From Candidatus Eiseniibacteriota bacterium (lineage in GTDB: Bacteria > Eisenbacteria > RBG-16-71-46): a DNA stretch of 64,000 nucleotides. The notes under the pieces are model-generated. The model was given only the letters and a program-made list of their open reading frames with translations. It ran no database searches and was not told the DNA's origin. Every line of letters starts with the position of its first letter. Within the stretch, counting starts at the first letter, position 1. Location: assembly GCA_044223005.1 (NCBI GenBank), contig JBGAML010000002.1, positions 256,001 to 320,000 of the forward strand. Direction: 5' to 3'. Positions 29,085 to 39,427 of the stretch are shown in pieces. A program made the position numbers and the translations under genes.

Positions 29085-30237
29085 GTGAAACTCGTCACCG
29101 TCACGCACGATCCCCAGCGGGGCTGGTCGCAGCCGCTCGATTCGCAGCTCGATTCCCCGCACACGCTGGTGCTCGTGTTCGGTTCTCCCGACGCCACGCA
29201 GGTCGCGGCGCCGCTCGCCGAGCTCGCGCGCGCGCTGCCGCAGGCGCACGTGCTCGGCTGCTCGACCGCGGGCGAGATCCACGGCGACAAGATCCAGGAC
29301 GACGGGCTCGTGGCCGCGATCGCGCGCTTCGAGCGCACGGAGCTGGCCGTCGCGCGCACGCACGTGGCGCAGGCGGCGGATTCGTTCGCGGCCGGTGAAC
29401 GGCTGGCGCGCGAGCTCGTGCGCGAAGGACTGCGCGGCGTGTTCGTGCTCTCGGACGGCCTCAACGTCAACGGCAGCGAGCTCGTGCGCGGGCTCTCGTC
29501 GGTGCTGCCGCCCTCGGTCGTGATCTCGGGCGGGCTCGCGGGCGACGGCTCGCGCTTCGAGCGCACGTGGGTGGTCGAGAACGGAGCGCCCGCGCCCGGT
29601 GTCGTGTCGTGCGTCGGCTTCACCGGCGATGCCGTGCACATCGGGCACGGCTCCAAGGGTGGCTGGGACAAGTTCGGGCCCGAGCGGCGCGTCACGCGCG
29701 CAGCTGGCAACGTGCTCTACGAGCTGGACGGCAAGCCCGCGCTCGAGCTCTACAAGACCTACCTCGGCGACCGCGCCGCCGGCCTGCCCGCGACCGGGCT
29801 GCTGTTCCCGCTCGCGATCCGCGCCGCCGCGGGCGACGAGAAGGTGCTCGTGCGCACGATCCTCGCCGTCGACGAAGCCACGCAGTCCATGACCTTCGCG
29901 GGCGACGTGCCCGAGGGCTCGCTCGCGCAGTTGATGCGCGCCAACTTCGAACGCCTGATCGCCGGCGCCGGTTCGGCCGCGCTGGCGACCGGCGCGCTGC
30001 AGGCGCCCGGCGCGCGCGAGGCCGACCATCTCGCGATCGCGATCAGCTGCGTGGGCCGCCGGCTCGTGCTCGGCGAGCGCACCGAAGAAGAGCTCGAAGC
30101 GACGCTCGAAGGTCTGCCGCTCACGGCGCATCAGGTGGGCTTCTATTCGTACGGCGAGATCTCGACCTATGCGTCGGGCATCTGCGACCTGCAGAACCAG
30201 ACCATGACGCTCACGTCGATCCGCGAGGACCTGCCGC

Positions 30238-30248
<11 letters not shown>
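29085..30248 (+). CDS. FIST-domain sensor protein (NosP-like)
   Basis: GTG start after GGAGG; GCSTAGEI, SDGL, SGGLAGDG, ISCVGRR, GFYSYGEI, LQNQTMT. Confidence 0.85.
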
Positions 30249-32054
<1,806 letters not shown>

Positions 32055-32058
<4 letters not shown>

Positions 32059-32753
32059 GCGCCTTCGCTCCGTTCCACGCGTGCGCGCTGCAGGCCGGTG
32101 CAGGGCGCGAGCGCGTCGAGCAGCTGCTGGTGCGTGACCGCGCGCGGGACGCGCACCTCGAGCGAGGCGACCAGCCGGTCCTCGGCGGCGATGCGCTCGC
32201 TCTGCAGCACGTGGCTCTCGGCCGGGATCGCGGCGAGCATCGCGATCACCTGATCGAGCGAACGCGCGCCGCGCAGGTCGACCTGCACGCGCCGCACCTG
32301 GCGCTGGTCGTCCTTGTCCTCGAAGCGGCGCAGCGTGGTGAGCGCGACGAGTCCGAGCGCGGTGACGAACACGGCGGTCGAGTACATGCCACCGCCCGAC
32401 GCCATGCCGATCGCGCCCACGAGCCAGAGCCCCGCGGCCGTGGTGAGGCCGAAGACGTTGAAGCCGTTGCGCATGATCGCGCCGCCGCCCAGGAAGCCGA
32501 TGCCCGTCACGATCGAGGCCGCGATACGCGACACGTCCACCTCGACGTGTTCGGCGGCGGTGTAGCGCTGGTGTTCGATGAACTGCGTCGAGACCACCAT
32601 GTACGACGCGGCCGCGAGCGCCACGATCATGTGCGTGCGCAGCCCGGCGGGGCGCCCGCGGCGGTCGCGTTCGAGCCCGATGATACCCCCGAGGACCGCG
32701 GCCACGAGGATTCGTACGAAGAGCGAGAGATCCGGGATGCCGATTCCCTGCAC
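32055..32753 (-). CDS. MgtC/SapB family membrane protein
   Basis: GTG start after AGGAG; GGIIGLER, PAGLRTH, RIAASIVTGIGFLGGG, GLTTAAGLW. Confidence 0.88.
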
Positions 32754-33020
32754 GAGGACTCCTTGTCGTCGCGGCCGACCGGTCGGGACCCCGCCCGCCG
32801 CGCAACTGCGCACGGCTCGGGGCCAAAGAGCGAGGAGTATCACCGCGAGTTGCCGGACCGAAAGCGCAATCCCCGCTCGCTGCCCGGGCGGCTCGCTTAC
32901 CGCGCAGCGATTCCCGTGTCGCAACTCCCGCGAGCCTTCCACCGCGTGCGACGAGCCCGCGCGCGCGGCCGCGCCCGTCAGCCGGATCACCCGAGGCGAC
33001 GGCGAGTTCCTGCGCGGCCG

Positions 33021-33959
33021 TCAGCGGTGACGCACGTAGTCCAGGTCCGTGTCCGCCACCCAGGTGACGCCGCCATCGGTGGAATGGTCGAAGAGCTGGC
33101 GCACGTGGTCCGGCCCGAGGCTGAAGAACGTGAGCCGGTCGGTTCGGCCGGGGGGCGTTCCCGGCTGCGGCTCGGCGAGGAACTCGAGTCGCTCTCCGAT
33201 CCGGTGACCGTCATCGTAGTTCGTGACGTGCCCGGAGTCGTCCATCCAGTTCTGCTGCCAGCATCGCTTCGCCGGATTCCAAGCGTTGAAGCTCTTGCCA
33301 TTGCCGCCCAGCCGGCCGCTCCAGTTCTCGAAGATCACGCACTGGCCGAGGATCGCTTCGACGTGGCTCGTGCCGGCGGGCCCGTGGCCGCGCAGGTTGT
33401 CGGTCACGTCCCAATCGCCGATCCAGAAGTCGAGCTGCCGCGACTCGGGCTGGTACGCGCACGGCTCCTGGTTGCGACGAGCGCGGTCGATCGCGCTCGC
33501 GAATCGCGCGTCCCCGCGGATCGCCGTGAAATCGCCGTCGTCGAGCAGCTGCTGCGGCTGGCGGTAGCCCGCGTTCATCAGCCGATCGAGAACCGCGAGC
33601 GCCGAGTCCGCCTGGTTCGCGCGTGCGTGGGCGCATGCCGCGTTGTAGAGCGCGATCGCGGCGGGGTAGCCCGTCGCGCTCGCCGTCTTCCAGGCCAGCG
33701 CCGAGCGCTCGAAGCGGCCCAGCGAGTAGCACGCCGAGCCGAGCCGGCTCCAGGCACGCGCGTTCGCGGGTTCCACGGTGACGATCGTCTCATAGGCCGT
33801 CACGGCGCGGGACCAGTCGGCGTGAGCGAAGGCGGTGTCCGCGGCCGCATGGGCCGCTGCCGGCGTGGGCCGGGGCGCGGCGGTGGCAGTGGCGGTAGCG
33901 ACGGTGGCAGCGACGAGCGCGATCGCGATGGCGAGGCCCCGAAGCGGGCAGTGGTTCAC
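33021..33959 (-). CDS. Exported TPR protein with C-terminal beta-barrel-like domain
   Basis: Signal peptide; TPRs (AWSRLGSACY, ALYNAACAHA); RQLDFWIGDWDV...ENW...WQQNWMD. Confidence 0.7.
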   Translation of the reverse strand: MNHCPLRGLAIAIALVAATVATATATAAPRPTPAAAHAAADTAFAHADWSRAVTAYETIVTVEPANARAWSRLGSACYSLGRFERSALAWKTASATGYPAAIALYNAACAHARANQADSALAVLDRLMNAGYRQPQQLLDDGDFTAIRGDARFASAIDRARRNQEPCAYQPESRQLDFWIGDWDVTDNLRGHGPAGTSHVEAILGQCVIFENWSGRLGGNGKSFNAWNPAKRCWQQNWMDDSGHVTNYDDGHRIGERLEFLAEPQPGTPPGRTDRLTFFSLGPDHVRQLFDHSTDGGVTWVADTDLDYVRHR

Positions 33960-34250
33960 GGCGGTCCCCTCGATCCCGATCGGGTGGATGGCGCCGCGAT
34001 CCTACCATCCGGCGAGGGTTGCCGCGTCGGCGAATCGGGGGTGGCGCTGCCCGAAACGCAGCTTGCAATTCGCATTGCGGCAGGGGCCGGGCGGTGCGCC
34101 TCGCGGCGATTCCACTGTGATTCCGGGAGCATCCTCTCGTTACAATTGTTCGAACACGCACATCGTCGGCGCCCCCGGGAGACGCCCGGGCCGCCGTGGG
34201 TATGGCCGGGAGCCAGCCCACCTCGTGACCCTCGCCACCCTCGAGGCCCC

Positions 34251-35345
34251 ATGTCCGGTCGCCATCCCTTAGCCCTGCTCCTCGCCATCGTGTTCGCGGC
34301 GCCCGCGTTCGCCGCGGACGGCCTGCCCACCACGGTGACCACGGCGCCGCAGGCCGCACGCGCGGCGACGACCGTCGACGCCTCGCAGGCGTTCACGTAC
34401 CAAGGCATGCTCAAGAGCGCCGGGGCGCCGCTCAACGGCACGGCCGACCTGACGTTCACGCTGAGCGATGCCTCCACGGGGGGAAACATCTTCGGGACGC
34501 AGTCGCTGACCACGGCCGTTTCGAACGGACTCTTCACCGTGACGCTGAACGACGCCGGGCAGTTCCTCGCCACCGCGTTCGACGGTCGCGCGCTCTGGCT
34601 CGAGATCGCCGTGCGCAGCCCCGCGGGCTCGGGCGGCTACACCACGCTCACGCCGCGGCAGGCGCTCAGCGCTGCGCCGATCGCCAGCACGCTGGCGCCC
34701 ATGGCCGTGATCACCGGAAACAACACGAACTCGGGTGCTGCCGCCCTCGAAGTGAATGCGGCCGCCGCGACGGCCGGTGCGCCGGTCGCCGCGTTTCGCG
34801 CCGCAGCAGGAAACAACCTCGTTCTGCGCACGCTCTTTCAGGTGCCCACGGCGATTCAGGGCGACAGTTGGGACGGCGTCGGCGTCGCAGGAGTGACGTG
34901 GAACGGGACCGCGGTCCTCGGCAACGCGCTTAGCGGCGGGCTCGCGGGCAAGTTCTACGGCGACGTCGACGTGACCGGGAAGGTGAAGTCGGATCGCTGG
35001 CAGTCGCGCATCGCGATCAACTCACTCGGGCCGCTCCCGATCACCAGTGCGTCGTTCTCCACGAAGGGCGGCACGCTGATGCTGAACTACTCGGGCTCGG
35101 GCTATTCCAACACTCCCGGTCAGATGATCGGCATGACGGTCACCCTCGACGGCGTGACGTTCGTCGACAACACGGGCATCTACGCCAACTCGGCCAGCCA
35201 GCACCTCGCGTTCGTGCCCAAGACCTGGGTCCTGAGCAACATCGCCGCCGGCTCGCACACGATCTCGTTGAGCACCATGAACGCCGCCACGCACACGGAT
35301 TCCAACGACATCTTCAACGTCACCGTCACGGAGCTGCCGTGGTGA
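34251..35345 (+). CDS. Secreted fibre/adhesin-like protein, copy 1
   Basis: Signal peptide; AFTYQGML...NGLFTVTL...LWLEIAVR...PRQ N-domain; Gly-rich middle; conserved C-domain ending TELPW. Confidence 0.8.
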   Translation: MSGRHPLALLLAIVFAAPAFAADGLPTTVTTAPQAARAATTVDASQAFTYQGMLKSAGAPLNGTADLTFTLSDASTGGNIFGTQSLTTAVSNGLFTVTLNDAGQFLATAFDGRALWLEIAVRSPAGSGGYTTLTPRQALSAAPIASTLAPMAVITGNNTNSGAAALEVNAAAATAGAPVAAFRAAAGNNLVLRTLFQVPTAIQGDSWDGVGVAGVTWNGTAVLGNALSGGLAGKFYGDVDVTGKVKSDRWQSRIAINSLGPLPITSASFSTKGGTLMLNYSGSGYSNTPGQMIGMTVTLDGVTFVDNTGIYANSASQHLAFVPKTWVLSNIAAGSHTISLSTMNAATHTDSNDIFNVTVTELPW

Positions 35346-36430
35346 CCGCGGCGCTGGCAATGGGCCTCGCGTTCCTCGCGACAGCGGGTCCCGTGACGCC
35401 CGGGACGACGGCGCCCGTGCCGACCGCCGCGCCGCAGCAGGCGCGCTCGGCCACCGCCGTCGACGCGGGGCGTGCGTTCACGTATCAGGGCATGCTCAAG
35501 AGCGCCGGGGCGCCGCTCAGTGCGACGGCCGACCTGCAGTGCACGCTCTACGACGGCGCCACTGCGGGCACCAGCTTCGGGACGCAGACCGTGACCACCA
35601 CCGTCTCGAACGGGCTCTTCACCGTGACGCTGAACGATGCCAGCCAGTTCACCTCCACGGCGTTCGACGGCCGCGCACTCTGGCTCGAGATCGCGGTGCG
35701 CAGTCCCGCGGGCAGCGGCGCCTACACGACGCTTTCGCCGCGCCAGGCGCTCTCTGCCGCGCCGATCGCGGCGACGCTCGCGCCCCAAGCCCGCATCCAA
35801 GCCACCTACACGGGCAGCTACAACGCGGGGCTCAATCTCGCAGCCCCGGCCAATACCTTCAACCCGACTGCGCTGTCCGTCCTCGCGGGCCCGCGGACCT
35901 TCACGTGGCTGACGGACGTTCCGGCCGGCGTCCTGTCGGATACCGAATCGGGATACGGAGTGGTCGGGACCACCAACACGGGCACCGGGCTATACGGCCG
36001 GACGTTGAATGGCAGCGGTACCGGAACCGCCGGACGCTTCGACGGCGACGTGAGCGTGAACGGCAAGCTGCTGGTGGACCGCTGGCAGTCGACGATGGCG
36101 ATCAACTCGGTGGGCCCGCTGCCGCTGACCAGCGCTTCGTTCACGACGCACGGTGGCCACCTGATGATCACGTACTCGGGATCGGGCTACTCCAGTGTCG
36201 CCAGCACGCTGATCGGCATGACCGTCAAGCTCGACGGCGTCACGTTCATCGACAACACGGGCATCCTCGCCAACAACGCCAGCCAGCACCTCGCGTTCGT
36301 GCCCAAGACGTGGCTGATGAGCGGCGTTGCCCCGGGATCGCACACGATCGGACTGACGCCCCTGAACATCTCCACCCAGACCGACAGCGGCGACATCTTC
36401 AACGTCACCGTCACGGAGCTCCCATGGTGA
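35339..36430 (+). CDS. Secreted fibre/adhesin-like protein, copy 2
   Basis: Paralogue of copy 1; GTGGTGA start/stop overlap. Confidence 0.8.
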   Translation: MVTAALAMGLAFLATAGPVTPGTTAPVPTAAPQQARSATAVDAGRAFTYQGMLKSAGAPLSATADLQCTLYDGATAGTSFGTQTVTTTVSNGLFTVTLNDASQFTSTAFDGRALWLEIAVRSPAGSGAYTTLSPRQALSAAPIAATLAPQARIQATYTGSYNAGLNLAAPANTFNPTALSVLAGPRTFTWLTDVPAGVLSDTESGYGVVGTTNTGTGLYGRTLNGSGTGTAGRFDGDVSVNGKLLVDRWQSTMAINSVGPLPLTSASFTTHGGHLMITYSGSGYSSVASTLIGMTVKLDGVTFIDNTGILANNASQHLAFVPKTWLMSGVAPGSHTIGLTPLNISTQTDSGDIFNVTVTELPW

Positions 36431-37518
36431 ACGCAGTACTCGCAATGGGCCTCGCGTTTCTCGCGACGGCGGGCCCCGTGACGTCGGGGTCGACGACGGC
36501 GCCCGGCCCTGCCGCCGCGCCGCAGCAGGCGCGCGCGACGACCGCCGTCGACGCGGGGCGTGCGTTCACGTACCAGGGCATGCTCAAGAGCGCCGGGGCG
36601 CCGCTCAACGGCACGGTGGATCTGCAGTTCACGCTCTACGACGACCCCGCGGCAGGTTCCAGCTACGGAACGCACTCCCTGACGACGACGGTTTCGAACG
36701 GACTCTTCACCGTGACGCTGAACGATCCGCAGTGGTTCTATTGGTGGGCGTTCGATGGCCGTGCGCTCTGGCTTTCGGTGGCGGTACGCAGTCCCGCCGG
36801 CAGCGGCGTCTACACGACACTTTCGCCGAGGCAGGCGGTGACTCCCGTGCCGATCGCGCAGACGCTCGTTCCCCTGGCGCACATCGAGACCGCCGATTCG
36901 AGCCCTGAAAATGCGGTGATCAACCTCTCGGCCCCGGCGGGCTTTACCAATCCGACGGCGCTCGCCGTCACCGCCGGGCCGTCGATGTTCCACCTGGGGT
37001 CGACCGGTCCCGTCGGAGTCGAGGCCGACGTCGCGGCGGGAACCAGCATTCTCGGCACCACGGACACGGGCGTCGCGATCCACGGGCGGACGCTGCACGG
37101 CGCCGGAACGGGACTCGCCGGGCGCTTCCAGGGTGACGTCTGGGTGTCCGGCAAGATGCACGTGGACGGCTGGCAGACGCAGGTGGCGATCAACTCGACC
37201 GGCCCGCTCCCACTCACCAGCACGCCGTTCCTGACGCAGGGTGGCCACCTGATGATCACGTACTCGGGATCGGGCTACTCCAGTGTCGCCAGCACGCTGA
37301 TCGGCATGACGATCAAGCTCGACGGCGTCACGTTCATCGACAACACGGGCATCCTCGCCAACAACGCCAGCCAGCACCTCGCGTTCGTGCCCAAGACGTG
37401 GGTGATGAGCAACGTCTCCGCCGGCCTGCACACGCTCGAACTGACACGGCTCAACACCTCCACCCAGACCGACAGCGGCGACATCTTCAACGTCACCGTC
37501 ACGGAGCTCCCATGGTGA
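36424..37518 (+). CDS. Secreted fibre/adhesin-like protein, copy 3
   Basis: Paralogue; ATGGTGA overlap. Confidence 0.8.
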   Translation: MVNAVLAMGLAFLATAGPVTSGSTTAPGPAAAPQQARATTAVDAGRAFTYQGMLKSAGAPLNGTVDLQFTLYDDPAAGSSYGTHSLTTTVSNGLFTVTLNDPQWFYWWAFDGRALWLSVAVRSPAGSGVYTTLSPRQAVTPVPIAQTLVPLAHIETADSSPENAVINLSAPAGFTNPTALAVTAGPSMFHLGSTGPVGVEADVAAGTSILGTTDTGVAIHGRTLHGAGTGLAGRFQGDVWVSGKMHVDGWQTQVAINSTGPLPLTSTPFLTQGGHLMITYSGSGYSSVASTLIGMTIKLDGVTFIDNTGILANNASQHLAFVPKTWVMSNVSAGLHTLELTRLNTSTQTDSGDIFNVTVTELPW

Positions 37519-38603
37519 ATGCAGCGCTGGCAGTGGGCCTCGCGTTTCTCGCGACGGCCGGCCCCGTGGCCTCGGGGCCCGAGGCGGTGACCGTTCGCAC
37601 CACCACGCCGCAGGCGGCCCGGGCGGTCACGACCGTCGACGCGACGCACGCGTTCACGTACCAGGGCATGCTCAAGAGCGCCGGTGCGCCGCTCAACGCG
37701 GTCGCCGAGCTGCAGTTCACGCTCTACGACGACGCGACTGCGGGAAACAACTTCGGGACGCAGACGTTGACGACGAGCGTCTCGAACGGGCTCTTCACCG
37801 TGACGTTGAACGATGCGAACCAGTTCGGAGCCCAGACGTTCGACGGCCGGGCGCTCTGGCTCGAGATCGCGGTGCGCAGTCCCGCCGGGGCCGGCGTGTA
37901 CACGACGCTCACGCCGCGCCAGGCGCTCACCGCCGCACCGATCGCCGCCTCGCTGGCGCCCCTGTCGCGGATCCTGACGACCAACACCAACATGTACACG
38001 CCCGCGCTGTACGTCCTGTCGACGCCCGCGACGCCGAGTGGCTCGGCCTACGGCATTCATGCGGTGGCCGAGGAGGCCGGTTTCTACACGAGCTTCTACG
38101 CCTCAACCGCGATCCAGGGCGACAGCTACGAGGGCCATGGTGTCGCGGGTTCCACGGGGACCGGCGACGCGATCTTCGGCTATGCGCCCTTTGGCGGACT
38201 CGCCGGCAACTTCGTCGGAAATGTGAACATCGCCGGCCAGCTGGTCGTGGATCGCTGGCAGCCTTGGATCGCGATCAACTCCACCGGCCCGCTGCCACTC
38301 ACGAGCGCCAGCTTCCAGACGCACGGCGGCACCCTGATGCTCAACTACTCCGGCTCCGGTTACACGAACGTCGGCGGCACCCAGATCGGCATGACGGTGA
38401 CGCTCGACGGCATCACGTTCGTCGACAACACCGGCATCGTCGCGAACTCCGCCGGCCAGCACCTGGCGTTCGTGCCCAAGACGTGGGTGCTGAAGAACAT
38501 CCCCGCCGGCACGCACACGATCGGGCTGACGAAGCTCAACAACAACACCCAGACCGACAGCGGCGACATCTTCAACGTCACCATCACGGAGCTGCCCTTC
38601 TGA
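37512..38603 (+). CDS. Secreted fibre/adhesin-like protein, copy 4
   Basis: Paralogue; ATGGTGA overlap; ends TELPF. Confidence 0.8.
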   Translation: MVNAALAVGLAFLATAGPVASGPEAVTVRTTTPQAARAVTTVDATHAFTYQGMLKSAGAPLNAVAELQFTLYDDATAGNNFGTQTLTTSVSNGLFTVTLNDANQFGAQTFDGRALWLEIAVRSPAGAGVYTTLTPRQALTAAPIAASLAPLSRILTTNTNMYTPALYVLSTPATPSGSAYGIHAVAEEAGFYTSFYASTAIQGDSYEGHGVAGSTGTGDAIFGYAPFGGLAGNFVGNVNIAGQLVVDRWQPWIAINSTGPLPLTSASFQTHGGTLMLNYSGSGYTNVGGTQIGMTVTLDGITFVDNTGIVANSAGQHLAFVPKTWVLKNIPAGTHTIGLTKLNNNTQTDSGDIFNVTITELPF

Positions 38604-39175
38604 TGAAAACGACCCGCACGTCACTCCGCGCCCCGCTCGCCGGGGCCATGATTCTCGCGGCCGCGCTCCTGCTGGTGTCCACCCACCCGTCGCACGCTTC
38701 GAGCGGCCCCGGCTTCGAGCTCTCGTGGACCCGCGTCGCCAACGGCGGCACGACCACTGCGAGCGGCGGCGCCTTCACGCTCTCCGGCACGATCGGCCAG
38801 CACGAGCCCGGTACGCAGACGGGCGGCGACTACTCGCTGTCGGGCGGCTTCTGGTACGGCGGCGCCGCGCAGCAGGGCGTCGACGTGACGCCCACCACGG
38901 GCCCGCGCCACACCGAGTTCGCGCTGCACGGCTTCGTCCGCAATCCCGCGCCGATGGCCGACCTCACCGTGTCGTACGCCATCGCCGACGGCGCGCCCGC
39001 GTCGCTCGAACTGCTCGACGTGGCCGGCCGCCGCGTGGCCGAGACGAGCGCGCTGCACCCCGGCACCGGCTCGGTGCGGCTCGAGCCCGCGGGTCGCATC
39101 TCGCCCGGGCTCTACTGGCTGCGGCTCAAGCAGGCGGGGAAGAGCGCCACCGCAAAAGCGGTCCTCGTGCAGTAG
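38603..39175 (+). CDS. Small secreted protein: Gly-rich GTIGQ...SGGFW motif fused to a C-terminal sorting domain (putative fibre adaptor)
   Basis: TGATG coupling to copy 4; signal peptide; FELSW..ANGG...SGGAFTLSGTIGQ...YSLSGGFW; then RNP...DVAGRRV...GLYWLRL. Confidence 0.75.
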   Translation: MKTTRTSLRAPLAGAMILAAALLLVSTHPSHASSGPGFELSWTRVANGGTTTASGGAFTLSGTIGQHEPGTQTGGDYSLSGGFWYGGAAQQGVDVTPTTGPRHTEFALHGFVRNPAPMADLTVSYAIADGAPASLELLDVAGRRVAETSALHPGTGSVRLEPAGRISPGLYWLRLKQAGKSATAKAVLVQ

Positions 39176-39208
39176 CCGCAAGCGGTCCGTATTCGCGGCA
39201 TCCGTCAC

Positions 39209-39250
39209 AAGCACCCCGCTCCGGTTCGCCGGAGCGGGGTGCTTACTTTT
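39209..39250 (+). terminator. Rho-independent terminator of the fibre operon
   Basis: Perfect 16-bp stem AAGCACCCCGCTCCGG, loop TTCG, then CCGGAGCGGGGTGCTT followed by ACTTTT. Confidence 0.85.
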
Positions 39251-39427
39251 GGTGCGGGCGCGTCGCGCGCTCGCGCCGCCGTCGCGCCGTCATAAACACG
39301 TGCCGGGTGCACACGAGTTTTCAGCCGCTTTCCGATTGTCGGGTGCACCCTGCGCTCCCTAGCGTGCGCCCCCTGGCCACGACGCCAGCGCTGTTCCCGG
39401 ATCGAGTCCCCCTCACCGGAGGTGCAG

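Noticed and set aside
36152..37401. Near-identical blocks as a possible diversity-generating retroelement template/variable repeat pair
   Set aside because: No reverse transcriptase in the window, both copies are coding, and the two mismatches do not show an adenine-specific pattern.
34251..38603. Fibre-like genes as part of a prophage or tailocin
   Set aside because: They have signal-like N-termini and host-like codon usage, and no capsid, baseplate, sheath, lysis or integrase genes are nearby.
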